Shown here: one piece after another, positions 13,101 to 24,465 of the stretch
How the letters are laid out: each line of letters begins with the position of its first letter
How positions within the stretch are numbered: position 1 is the stretch's first letter
Translations under genes and position numbers: made by a program
DNA from: Oikopleura dioica
Lineage: Eukaryota > Animalia > Chordata
Length of the DNA stretch: 64,000 bases
Assembly: GCA_907165135.1 (NCBI GenBank)
Contig: OU015566.1
Location: 4,526,001-4,590,000 of the forward strand
Direction of reading: 5' to 3'
Notes under the pieces: model-generated
The model's database searches: none
The model's input: only the letters and a program-made list of their open reading frames with translations
What the model was told of the DNA's origin: nothing

Positions 13101-13309
13101 GGCTTTGGTGGAAAGGACGACGTAGGAGTCACCATTGTAGAAAGTGCCATAGAACTAGAAAAGATTCTTTTTTGAAGAATTTCTCAAGAAAAAATACCTC
13201 GTTTTTTTCCTACCTTTTTAGGAATTGGAGCCAGCTCAGATTCCTCGATTCGCCAGACTTCCACTCCCGCTTCTTTTCCAGCTGCGTCGATATACTCTTG
13301 GCTGGACAT
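10166..13309 (-). CDS. GSN: Gelsolin/scinderin-family actin-severing protein, six gelsolin domains, no headpiece
   Basis: Spliced translation MSSQEYIDAAGKEAGVEVWRIEE...FYNGDSYVVL...VHFWLG...QHREVQGHES...DCFILD...PRLFECSMATGNF...QEKEPVTFTGFFAGWD...EYDS*; all six repeats are visible. The symbol is family-level. Confidence 0.93.
10442..10613. repeat. Foldback of 9-bp tandem arrays inside a gelsolin intron
   Basis: (tgtcacgaa)n facing (ttcgtgaca)n; flanked by a 16-bp direct repeat atttac[g/c]gtcagaact at 10426-10441 and 10614-10629. Confidence 0.85.
11805..11975. mobile_element. CCAAT-rich hairpin MITE (family C) in a gelsolin intron
   Basis: ttttgattggctggtaggccaaatacagcaagcttattggt pairs with accaataagattgctgtattttgcctaccggccaatcaaaa. 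Confidence 0.8.
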
Positions 13310-14224
13310 CGTTTCTTCTCTCGTTTTGACCCAACTGCTGAAATTATCAAGTTTTAGTGCATGTTTTATTTGCAAAGCGCATAGTCATTATTTGTGCTCA
13401 ATAAATGAACATGGCGCATTTTATGACAATCTCGTGGAAATTCATCGAAGCAAAGCCTTTTTTTCTAGAAATGCAAATTACCTTCAAATTCAAATTGTTC
13501 TCTCTTTTTTTTTCTTTGAAGAAGTGAGTTTCAGAAAGTGACTGAATTGAGCTTGGCAAATCGAATTTATGCGAGGCGCGCATCTCGAGGGAATCGACAA
13601 TCAATGATTATAATCTTGATGTCTTTTGGTTATCGTTGTTTATTATGACTGGCATGAAAGACTGATATGAAAAAAGCTCGGACAACAGATCAAATTGTCA
13701 TAAAAAGGGAGAATTGGCTGAAAAAAGGGCGATAATTTGATCAAAATTTTTGCAAAATTTAGACCAATCAGATGAGCGCATTCGATAGTTATTCAAATCA
13801 GGGTTTTTTTGGAATCTGATTGGCCTTCTGGCCGTATGAGGAAATCTTATAGGTCATAACATGAGCAGAATCGAGGTCGAAATTAATGCATTATTTTGAC
13901 CTTTCGAGCAATCTCCCAAATATATTTTTCTTTCTTGCTGTCAATATGCTGAACTTTTTTTATAAAGAATGTTTTGAATAGGAAGTCTTGGCTTCAATTT
14001 TTCAAGTAGAAAATATTTACTGTTTTTCAAAAGATTAAATAAAGTAAAAATTTTCAAAGAGATTTGTAATAATATTAAACAATAGATTCAATCTAAGGTG
14101 ATTTATTTTTATTCGAGTTAGTAGCTAATCATCCAATTCCATTTCCGGTATATGAAGAAAATTAGAAAAAATGATGACTTACTCTTTATGATACTTCATA
14201 AAGAGTTCTTACGAACAGAGAATT

Positions 14225-16469
14225 ATGGAGAGAAACGGGAAAGGAACAGAAATATTTAACTTGCTTTTTGGAAGTTTTGGAGCCTTTATTTTCGCTGTCA
14301 ATACACTCTTACCTGTATTCGGGATGGTAAATACAATGATAAGACTGTTAAAGAGTTCGAAATCTAGATAGTCCCTGATCATGACTGTAATGTCGCCGAG
14401 AGAGATCGTTTCTTCAATTTTTCAAGCATCGGGATTCCGAATAAGTACCAAGTAAGAAGATTTTGATCTTGATTTGTGTTCCTTGAAATTTCAGTATTTG
14501 AAAAGAACTGGTCTATTCAAAGGCAGTAATGAGACGAATCATCCCTGGGAATCGATTGTCACTGAACTCTTCCTTGTTTGTGATCAAGCGTTGAAAGTAA
14601 GGACATTATTTGTGATCGGAATCGCCGCCGAGATTTTTTCAATTCTATACGAGTTCTTCAATTTAAATTATTTTCACCTCCCCTCAAATTGCTCCCGATT
14701 TGCTGCATCATTTCTTTTTTTTTTGAATGAAGAACTTGGAAAAAGTTAATGGTTGGCTGGCCGATACAATTGGTAGAAAAACAACCTTATGCCTGAATAA
14801 TATCGTGTTCTTTTTGGCCATCGGTAATTTTCCCAACCAATTGTGAAATCAAAACTTTAGAATTTCTAGTACTCAACTTGATCTTCATCAATTTCTATGT
14901 CTACGCTGTTTGTCGTTTTATCATCTGCAGCGCTGCAACTTGCCTGATGATGACAGGGAGTCTCTATGCTTCTGAAACCGCAATTCATTTCAAGTCCCTT
15001 CCTTTTCTGATTTGGTCGTTTTGGTGTTATTCTGGGATCTTATTTGCGTCCTGGCTCTTCTTTTTCTTCCCAGATTGGAAGGAGCAAATGCTTATCAAAT
15101 TAGTGCTTTCACTGATATATTTCTTTATGTAAGTTGATTTTCGTTTTTTACAAACTTCTCTTTAAGACTCCCGCCGTCAGCTTTTTTCGAAAAATCAAAT
15201 TTCGGATTTTTTTAAATTTTGACCCCGGAAATGGATTCTTCAAGGAAAATAACGATTTTGAGGCTGCATTTTTTGGGGGTCTATCTCGACTCTAACACCC
15301 TCAAAATCGCATTTGAAAATTGGACTTTTCGCCGAAAATTGACGAATTTGCCCTAATTTTAGCAAAAATACTGATTTTTCTTGGTCAAAACTTCTCCTTA
15401 TCAGTTTTTCTCAGCAAGTTTAACCTTAGGACGCATTAAGCATAAAGCTGACGGAGGGAGGGGTCCTTAAATGCTCTCTAGGACCCTTGTTATACCGGAG
15501 ACCCCTGCATACCTGGCAAGCAAAAACTCCCCGAAAAACAATCGACAAAAATTTCGAAGAAATTCGATGTCCTTCCAAATGCCAATTTCGTTTTCACCAT
15601 TTTCATTTACGCCGTCAGCTGCATAGTAACCAGTTTTGTCTACTTCGGTCTTTTATGGGGCGCTGGAAATTTATCTGGCAGTCTTCACATGAACTCGGCA
15701 ATTAATGGATTGATGGCTTTGGTTGGTTCAAGTTTTTATTGTAAGTTTTAATTCAAACATTTTGTAAATGATCAATTCTAGCGCCTCTGCAAAAGATCGC
15801 CACATCAAAAACGATAGTTAGTTTCAGCTTCTTTCTCATCTGTTTCGCTATGGGTCTCGCTTGGATTATCCCTTCTACGACGCTTTTATCGGTCACTAGT
15901 TTCATCGGTAATTTTTCAAGAATGGGTTTCTTAATGTTCTTTTGTCAAGGTATCTTTGTGGTGGTGTTGACTGCCAATGCTTATTTTGACATTTCGAAGA
16001 CATTTCCAGTCAGCTGTAGATCCACATGCCATGGCTTTTGTACGGTGTCGAGTAGACTATTGGTTCTTCTCATTCCGGGATCGGGGTTATTCATGATAAT
16101 ATGGGATGGGGAACTAAACAGGCATTTATGGATAGTCGGAAATTTGATTCGCTTCTAGAAAATAAAGGGGTCTTTTATTTGCTGATTTCACAAATAGCCA
16201 TTTTGTTACTGGCCTCATATTTGGCAAATATCAAGCCCTTTAATTATTCGAAAAATGATCCCGAAAAGTACTTGTCTCTCCTGCCAAAAAGCTTCAGAAT
16301 CGGCTTGTTATGCATTTTGCCAGGAATTTGCGGATTTCTTTATCACTTGATTCCAGTTGTTCCTGAAGACGTCACTCTTCAAAATGTCTCCGACGCGAAT
16401 CCAGTCTTCAAACGATCCCATCGTCTGATGAGAAAGAAACGAGCGATTTACAGAAATATTTTGCGCTGA
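14225..16469 (+). CDS. SLC22-like organic cation/anion transporter, tandem copy A (apparent 1-nt deletion near 15520-15555)
   Basis: WESIVTELFLVCD, GWLADTIGRK, IPETP and FPVSCRST motifs; exon-intron structure matches copies B and C. Confidence 0.85.
15166..15466. mobile_element. TTAA-flanked MITE (family D, Kolobok-like ends) in an SLC22-A intron
   Basis: ttaa|gactcccgccgtcagc ... gctgacggagggaggggtcc|ttaa; homologous along most of its length to 24749-25084. Confidence 0.85.
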
Positions 16470-16648
16470 AAGAAAACTTTTAAAAAAGACTACTCTTATT
16501 TATTGCAATAAATCTTGATCAATATGAAAATATCCCAAATCGGCAGGTCTAGATGCTAAGCTATTGTTTTTAAACGGAAGTCGTTATGAGCGTTATGAGC
16601 GTTTTTTTAACATTAAAAAATTGTCAGAGGGTGGACAGAACATTGAAA

Positions 16649-18550
16649 ATGGAGAAAAGAAGAGAAATAATCAACTTGGCTTTTGGAACATTTGGAACCT
16701 TAATTGCTGCTTTCAACACGCTTTTGCCTGTATTCGGGATGGTAAATGTCAGAAGACGATAAAAATTATTTTTGAAATCTAGATCGCGCCTGATCATGAC
16801 TGCAATGTTGCCGAAAGAGATCGTTTTTTCAATTTTTCAAGCACTGGGATTCCAACTAAATACCAAGTTAAAACATTTTATTCGTTTTCTTGCTCATTAT
16901 TTTTTAGTATTTGAAAAGAAGTGGTTTATTCAAAGGAAACAACGAGACGGATCATCCTTGGGAATCAATTGTGACAGAATTCTTCCTTGTTTGCGACCAA
17001 GCTTCGAAAGTTCAGACATTGTTTGTGATTGGAATTGCCGCTGAAATTTTTTCAATTTCATCCGAGTTCTTCAATATAGCATAAACAACTTCAATTCTTC
17101 AATCGGGCCTTTCTGCTTTCATTTTATTAAGAAAGCCTTTATTTCCTGCCCTATCAAAACATCTTCAAAAGGATGAAAAGGGGTCGATAATCGAAAATGG
17201 GAATTATCTATTATAACTTATGAAGAACAGATTGAAAGTCAACGGTTGGTTGGCCGATACGATCGGCAGAAAAACCACTTTATTCTGGAATAATATTTTT
17301 TTATTTGCGGCTATTTTAATCAACTTGATCTTTATCAACTTCTACGTCTACGCCGTCTGCCGGTTCATCATCTGCAGTACCCTCTGCTGCCTGACGATGA
17401 CGGGTAGTCTTTATGCTTCAGAAATCGCGGTTCATTACGAGTCACTTCCGTTTTTGCTTTGGTCGGGCTTCAGTTACGTTGGAATATTACTGGCGTCCTG
17501 GCTCTTCTATTTCTTCCCAGATTGGAAGGAACAAATGCTGATAAAATTAACTTTATCGTTGATTTTCTTTTTTATGTAAGTTGAAAATTTCGAATTGAGA
17601 AAAGAGGCCGTTATATAAAAAAAATTTGAACGAAAAAAATTTTGAAGAAAAAATTTTTAAAGAAAAATTGAGAAAAAAATTCATAAAATTATCTTTAGGA
17701 CCCTTTATATTCCAGAATCAGCCGCTTTTCTTGAAAACAAGAAATCTCAAAAAGCTCTGAAACGAAAAATAACCAATAAATTCGATGTCCTGCCGAATTT
17801 CAACTTCATCGCCACAATCGTCATCTTCGCGATTGTCTGCCTGACTTCGAGCTTCGTTTATTACGGTCTTTTATGGGGTGCTGGCGATTTATCCGGAAGT
17901 CTTCACTGGAACTCCGCGATTAATGGATTCATGGCTCTCGCTGGAACCATTCTCATTTGTAAGCCATTATTTTCGATCGATGAATGATTTCTAGTCCCTC
18001 TTCAAAAAATGGCGACGTCAAAAACGATCGTTAGCGGGAGCTTTTTTCTCATCTGCTTTGTCAGCGGTCTTGCTTGGATCGTCCCATCCGCCAGACTTTT
18101 ATCGGTCGCTAGTTTCATCGGTAATTCGGGGAAATGACTTCTTTCAAAGGCTTTTTTAGGGATTTTCGCCGTGGTTTTGACGTATATTTCCTTTTTTGAT
18201 ATTTCAAAGATATTTCCGGTCAATTGTCGCTCGACTTGTCATGGCATTTGTACAGTTTCGAGTCGAATATTGATTCTGCTCATTCCGGAATCGGGATCCA
18301 TTCAACCCATTGGGCGATAGAGAGCTGAAAAGAAATTGATCCCGAAAAGTACCTTTCACATCTACCAAAAACCTTCCGGATCGGCTCGCTATGCATCTTG
18401 CCTGGAATCTGTGGGTTTCTATATCACTTCATTCCAGATGTTCCTGACGATGTCACGCTTAAAAATGTCTCCGAGGCGAATCCGGTCTTCAAGCGATCTC
18501 AACGGCTGATGCGAAAGAAACGAGCTATTTTAAGAAATATTTTCAGATGA
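16649..18550 (+). CDS. SLC22-like transporter, tandem copy B
   Basis: MEKRREIINLAFG...; GWLADTIGRK; IPESAAF; FPVNCRST; ends ...RAILRNIFR*. Confidence 0.85.
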
Positions 18551-18833
18551 AAAAAATGAGCTTTCATGACGTCGAAATTCTGTAAATAAACTGCGAAAAT
18601 GATCAAAAATGATTGTCAGACGGTCAAACAAAACAACCAAACTGTCTTTTTCTTTCCTGGCAATTGTCTCTCGAAATTGCCAAAAAACGATCCATAATGA
18701 CTCTCTCCCTTGGTCAGGCAAAAAGTCGTCTTATGAGTCGTTAAAACGTCTCCTGATAGCAAAACTCGTCTGAGCTGGCTTTCGCGATTCTGAGATTCAG
18801 GATTTGAGACTCAAAATCCCAAGAATTGAAAAA

Positions 18834-21135
18834 ATGGTGGAAAATAATGGAGAGAAAAATAGAGAATTAGTGAATTTGATGTTTGGAAATTTCGGCGCTA
18901 TTATTTTTGCTTTTAACGCTCTTCTTCCTGTTTTTGGTATGGTAAGTTTTTTGAAATTAAAAAATATTTTTCCTATGAAAAAAAATTCAAAAGGCCAAAT
19001 TTTCAGATTGTGCCGGATCATGACTGTAATGTGGCAGAAAAAGAACGATTTTTCAACTTCTCGAGCACTGGAATTTCGAATGATTATCAAGTAAAAATTG
19101 GTCCTTTTTGAAGAAAAAGTGTTTTCTTCAATTTTTAGATTTTGAAAAAGACCGGTCTTTTCAACAAAAACAATCAATCTGATCATCCTTGGGATTCGAT
19201 TGTGACCGAACTCTTCCTTGTTTGCGATGAGTCTTCAAAAGTGCAGATTTTGTTCGTCATTGGAATTGTGGCGGAGATCTTTTCGATTTTATTCGAGTTC
19301 TTTAATTCGCTTTTACGATTTTGATCTGCTGAGATCTGCTTTCTTGGCCCGTAGATCTAACAACCCAGGTCACGATAATCAGGCCATATTTTTTATTTGC
19401 GCCTTTACTCGATAATAAAAACCTAAATGCTCAAGTCTGAACGCTTAGCCTATCAAAATTTAAAGTTAAAATGTGAAATTTTGAATTTAAAAATAAAACA
19501 TAAAGAACTAGAAATAAGTCAATGGCTGGCTTGCTGATACAATCGGTCGAAAATCAGCTCTTTTTTGGAACAATGTTGTTTTCTTCTCAGCGATCGGTAA
19601 TTTCGGACTGAACCAATTTTTGAAAGTGCATTTTTCGATAACCAATAAGATTGCTGTATTTGGCCTACCGGCCAATAAAAATCTCGATCCATAAAATCAC
19701 TTTTATAAATTTAATTTTTACCGAGATAAAAGGGCTTAAACCAATTTATGGAAGTGATTTTTTTGACCAGAGTTTTGATTGGCCGGTTGGCCAAATTCAG
19801 CAATTTCATTGGTTATTCAAAAATGCATTTCCATATATTGGTTGAGTCCGATGAAGTCATATTTTATTTATTTAGCTGTGAACTTGGTGTTCATCAATTT
19901 TTACGTCTACGCTGTTTGCCGCTTTTTCATCTGCAGCTCTGCTTGTGCCCTCATGATGATAGCTACATTGTATGGCACCGAGACCGCGGTTCATTTCAAA
20001 TCCGCTGCGTTTTTGATCTGGTCTTGCTACAGCTACTTTGGAATTTTATTCGCTTCGTTGCTGTTTTACTTCTTTCTAGATTGGAAAGAACAAATGCTGA
20101 TCAAATTGTTCTTATCGCTTCTTTTCTTCTTCATGTAAGTTGTCAAAAATTAATAATGACTCATCATTATGTTTTTTTTTTCAGGACATTCTATTTTCCC
20201 GAAACCCCAGTTTACCTCGAAAACATCAAAAAAGACAAAAGCTTGAAATCCGATCGACCGAAAAAATTCGATGTCGCTCCGAATCGAAATTATATTTGCA
20301 CGATGTTCATCTTTTCTTTCTGCTGCATCACGACTGCCTTTGTTTATTTTGGCCTTTTATGGGGAGCAGGTAGTTTGTCAGGCAGTCTTCACTGGAACTC
20401 TGCGATAAATGGAATGATGGCGCTTGTTGGGTCCATGATCATTTGTAAGCCTTTGAAAATTTCTAAATTTTTTGAGGGATTTTAGTTCCTGTATTGAAAA
20501 TCGCCACTTCGAAGACAATCCTGAGTTACAGTTATTTTCTTATCTGCTTCGTTATGGGCCTAGCTTGGGTGTTTCCTTCAACGAAAATTCTTTCAATATC
20601 AAGTTTTATCGGTGAGTTTTAAAATATAAAACTTGACATCCAATAAAAACTCGGTATTGTAAATTTCGACCAATCAGAAATATGCACATCTCATCATGCT
20701 GTGCTTATCAGTAAGCTAATTTCGGGCTATTTTCAGGAATATTTGCGGTGGTTTTGACATTCTATGCGTATTTTGACATTGCGAAAACATTCCCCGTCAG
20801 CTGTAGATCGACAACTTCCGGCTTTTGTACTGTATCTGGTCGACTCTTCGTCCTCGTCGTTCCGGAAAGGGGGAGATCATTTCTTTCCTTTCCCATTTCC
20901 GCAAAATCAAATGATCTCGAAAAAGTATCTGTCCCTGCTCCCAAAAACCTTCAGAATCGGACTTCTCTGCATTTTGCCCGGTATTTGTGGGTTTTTATAC
21001 CGCTTTATTCCCGATGTTCCTGACAATGTCACGCTCCAAAATGTCTCCGACGCCAATCAAGTTTTCAAACAATCTCATTTGCGAATGAGAAGACGACAAA
21101 AGAGCGAAGATAAAGGGCTTCTTTCTGTTGAATGA
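18834..21135 (+). CDS. SLC22-like transporter, tandem copy C
   Basis: MVENNGEKNREL...; WDSIVTELFLVCD; GWLADTIGRK; FPETP; FPVSCRST; ends ...GLLSVE*. Confidence 0.85.
19627..19826. mobile_element. CCAAT-rich hairpin MITE (family C) in an SLC22-C intron
   Basis: tgcatttttcgataaccaataagattgctg...ggccaat pairs with attggccggttggcc...attggttattcaaaaatgca. Confidence 0.8.
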
Positions 21136-21379
21136 AAATAATATTGAAAGTTACTTTGAAAAAGCAGGCGTCATTTTTACGGAAATCTTAATATTGAAGT
21201 GGAAAAATCAGATTATTGACGCTTTTCCGTTGTCAGGGCAATCTTGAGTGGCAGGTTATAAAAACGGGGGCTACTTCTGAACTTGTCAAAGAGAAAGAGA
21301 TTGAAATTCTATTTTTCTCTAGAACCCGTTTGTGTGCAATTTTCTGCAGTTGATTTTCTTCAGTTTGTTTTTTGAAAAT

Positions 21380-22166
21380 ATGGCAGGCGTTTCTTGTGGA
21401 GCTCGCGATTTGAACGATGTTCTTTTGAAAGATTCTAGCGGAAAAATCGCTGAATCAGGGAAGCAAGTTCTCCTCGTCGAAGCCAATACCAATATCACTC
21501 CTACTTTTCTGAAATACCAGAACACCAACTTTTTGATGGCGCTTTCTCAGGTTTGCGAACGAAAAACAGGATTTAGCAGGGAAAATTTTAGGATGATATG
21601 CGACCAGATACGATTCGAATGGCTTTGATTGGAGCTCTTCGTTTTGGGAAGTGCTTTATTATTGATATTGATAAGGTAAGTAGAGGAAAGAAGTCTTTCC
21701 TAGAAACCATAATGATCTAGTCTCAAAGATCGTTGGATTTTTTAAATATAGTTTTTCGGTGATAATTTCTGTTAAATATGATCATCGCATTCAGGGCAAC
21801 CTAGTCTAGCGAAGATAAAAGAAACCTTTTATAAAAAAATCAGCACAAAATTTAGCTCCCTTTGTACAACGCAATCGAAACCTACATGGACATGATCAAA
21901 CCCGGCCTCTACAAAGACCTCCTTGCTGGCGAAGTGACCAAAAACGAATACTGGAAGACTCTTGTTAAACCAACTGATGAAGACGCCTATCAGGAACAGA
22001 TACAAACAATCGATTCGCGCAAGCGAAAAATGCTCATTTCCGTATCTCAAAAAAGGGCAACAACTTTAACGAAAGCCAATTCGATCGATTCCACTTCGTC
22101 GTCCTCACGCATTCCGTTCCCGACAAGGCTATTTCTGACCAGTTTTACACGATCACAATCGAATAA
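21380..22166 (+). CDS. Small protein resembling the C-terminal domain of IQANK1 (no IQ or ankyrin part)
   Basis: DLNDVLLKDSSGKIAESGKQVLLVE...TFLKYQNTNFLMALS|DDMRPDTIRMALIGALRFGKCFIIDIDK|...FHFVVLTHSVPD...; similarity to the IQANK1 C-terminus is recalled from memory, not searched. Confidence 0.65.
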
Positions 22167-22279
22167 ACCTCCTTTTCCAAACCGCGTTAGTATTTTCGAA
22201 AAAAAAAATACTTGACATTTTGACCATCCGCGCACTTGCCGGCTGATTCGACCAGTTTTTCGAGAGAAGAAAATAAACA

Positions 22280-23824
22280 ATGCAGGGAATGATAAAAAGC
22301 TTTGGTAATTTTTTGAAGAGCAAAAAGACGAAACTAGCGCTGTTATCGAGAATTTTGCTTGTTTCGACCTTTATTGATGATGGCACTAGAATGCTTTGGT
22401 TTGATAGCCATCTAGGAGCAGGGTCAAAAATCGAGATGGTGTCTTCCGACAAAAAATTTCCGACAAAAAAAATTCCGACAAAAAATTTCCGACAAAAAAT
22501 TTCGACAAAAATTTTCGACAAAAATTTCCGACAAAAAATTCCGACAAATTTTGCGTGGGCAGCTTCTCGCCTGCTGATTGGCCAGTTTGCCGAATCCAGG
22601 CTTCTGATTGGATGAAAATTTCCACGCAAAATTTGTCGAAGTTTTTTTGTCGGATCAAGAAACCTCCCCTAAAAATCGACTATAATTTTTGTTTTGTGGA
22701 GAGCAAATTTTTGAGCCTTCAAAAGTTGAGTATGCGTCGGAAAATACAGTTGGCGTAACCGACTCTTATTTCGGCTACCTCATGTTTCTCCTCAACGCGA
22801 TTTTCTCCATCGGCGGTAGTATCACTCTCCTTGCTGGAAAGCGCCCTCAACTCGGCTGCTTCATTCTCGCCGCCGCGACTGTCACGCAAATTCTCATGTT
22901 TGGCGAGTGGAGATGGAGCTTCATTGGATTTTTGAGCCGGTTGCTTTCTGCTAGTGGCATTTTGATCTTACTGTACTGCGAGACGCTTCATCAATCGGGG
23001 ATGATTTTCGCGGGATTGCCGAGTTTGGGACCGGAAGTGACGAAAAAAGAATGGGCGACGCTTGTTGGAAGAGTTTGTATTGTTGGACTGTATTTGGTAA
23101 GCATCGTTCTTCTTCTCGTTTTCATTGTTTTCTTAGCCAATGGTTCAACTCAACGTCCAAACTCTTGTGTCAATTCCAATCATGGCTGCCGTCATCGTTG
23201 GCTACAGGGTTCTAAATCTGAGTTGAAAGTCAGAAGTCAAGTCGAGTCGAGTCGAAAGCGTTTTTGAAAATCGCTAGTCGAGTCGAAAAACTTGAAAATA
23301 TATAAATTTAGTCTAAAAAGTCGAAAATAAGTCGAAAAGTCGTAATTGTGTCGAAAATCAAAAAAGAAGTCGAAAAGTCGAAAGGAAAATAGTGATTCTT
23401 TCGACTAGATTTTCGACTTTTTCGACTAAATTTTCGACTAGTTCGACTAGATTCTTCGACTTTCTGTGCAATTTGTTTTCGACTTTTTCGACTATTCGAC
23501 AATCTTGCTGACTCAAAGGCTAGTCGAGTCGAGCTAGTCTTTTCGACTAAGACTCGACTCGACTTCGACTTTAATCAAAACTCGACAAGTTGATTTAGAA
23601 CCCTGTTTGGCTACAAGACTCAACTCGCCGCAATCACCTTCATCGTCCTCACTTTTCTCCACGCCTTCATCAACTACGACTTCTGGCTCTACTTTGGCAC
23701 CTGGGACTATGAAAACAAGAAGTTCCTCTTTTTCCAATCCCTATCAGCGATCGGCGGAATCATGCAGATTCTCGTCTATGGCGCTGGCGAAATTTCTGTC
23801 GATGCAATTTTGAAGAAAGATTAA
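22280..23824 (+). CDS. SURF4: Surfeit locus protein 4 / Erv29 ER cargo receptor
   Basis: LSRILLVSTFIDDGTRM, IFAGLPSL, LVGRVCIV, FFQSLSAIGGIMQILVYGAGEISVDAILKKD*; C-terminal dilysine-like tail. Confidence 0.9.
22422..22701 (+). mobile_element. Family B element making up SURF4 intron 1 (GG-AG)
   Basis: Frame requires gca g|ggtcaaaaatcg...gtggag|ag caa; contains ~13-bp tccgacaaaaaatt repeats and the gacaaattttgcgtgg hairpin. Confidence 0.75.
23205..23605. mobile_element. hAT-type MITE with (AGTCG)n arms forming SURF4 intron 3
   Basis: 14-bp perfect TIR cagggttctaaatc / gatttagaaccctg; 8-bp TSD gttggcta (23197-23204) / tttggcta (23606-23613). Confidence 0.9.
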
Positions 23825-24018
23825 AATAAAGACACTTCTAACTTGATCTTTGTGCGTCGAGTGTTTGAATCCGTCGATTAAAATTAAGATTATTAAAAAC
23901 TCTCATCTCGGTACTTGACGAGTTTCATTCGGAGACCTTAATATTCATTGCTTTTACTGTATAAAATGATCAGTTTGTTGAACTTTTCAGATACGAGAAA
24001 AAAAATCACTCGAAGATA

Positions 24019-24465
24019 ATGAAATTGAGCTGCATTTTTGCTTTTTCCTCGGTTTTTGGCATGTCGGTTTTTAAGAGATCGTAAGTTTTTCGAGCAAAAT
24101 GATGACTCATCATAGATGAGGGATTTGGCGAGGGTTAGGGTTAGGGTTAGTGTAATGGTTTGTCCTTAGTCTAAGGGTTAGGGTTTCAGAGAGTTGACAC
24201 TTTCTTTTAAAAAACCGAAATAAGGGTGTCACTATCTTATTTCTCCATTTCTTGAGATTGCGTTTCAGGGAACAGGTCGAAGATCAACCACCAGCTTATT
24301 ATGCTCTTCACAAGCTATTCAACGGATGCCTGGGTCGATATGCTGAACAAGCTCAAGGGCAACTCTTCAAGTAAGTCCGCTTCTATCTGATAATCTGATC
24401 CCTTTTCTAGCTTCAACTCCTTCCGAGAACTCTGCGACAAAGAAATCATGAACAAATTCCAATAA
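24019..24465 (+). CDS. 72-aa putative secreted peptide precursor (3 exons, orphan)
   Basis: GT-AG joins give MKLSCIFAFSSVFGMSVFKRS|EQVEDQPPAYYALHKLFNGCLGRYAEQAQGQLFN|FNSFRELCDKEIMNKFQ*; AATAAA follows. Confidence 0.7.
24131..24184 (+). repeat. Intronic (TTAGGG)n-like tract
   Basis: agggttagggttagggttag...ctaagggttagggtt. Confidence 0.75.
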
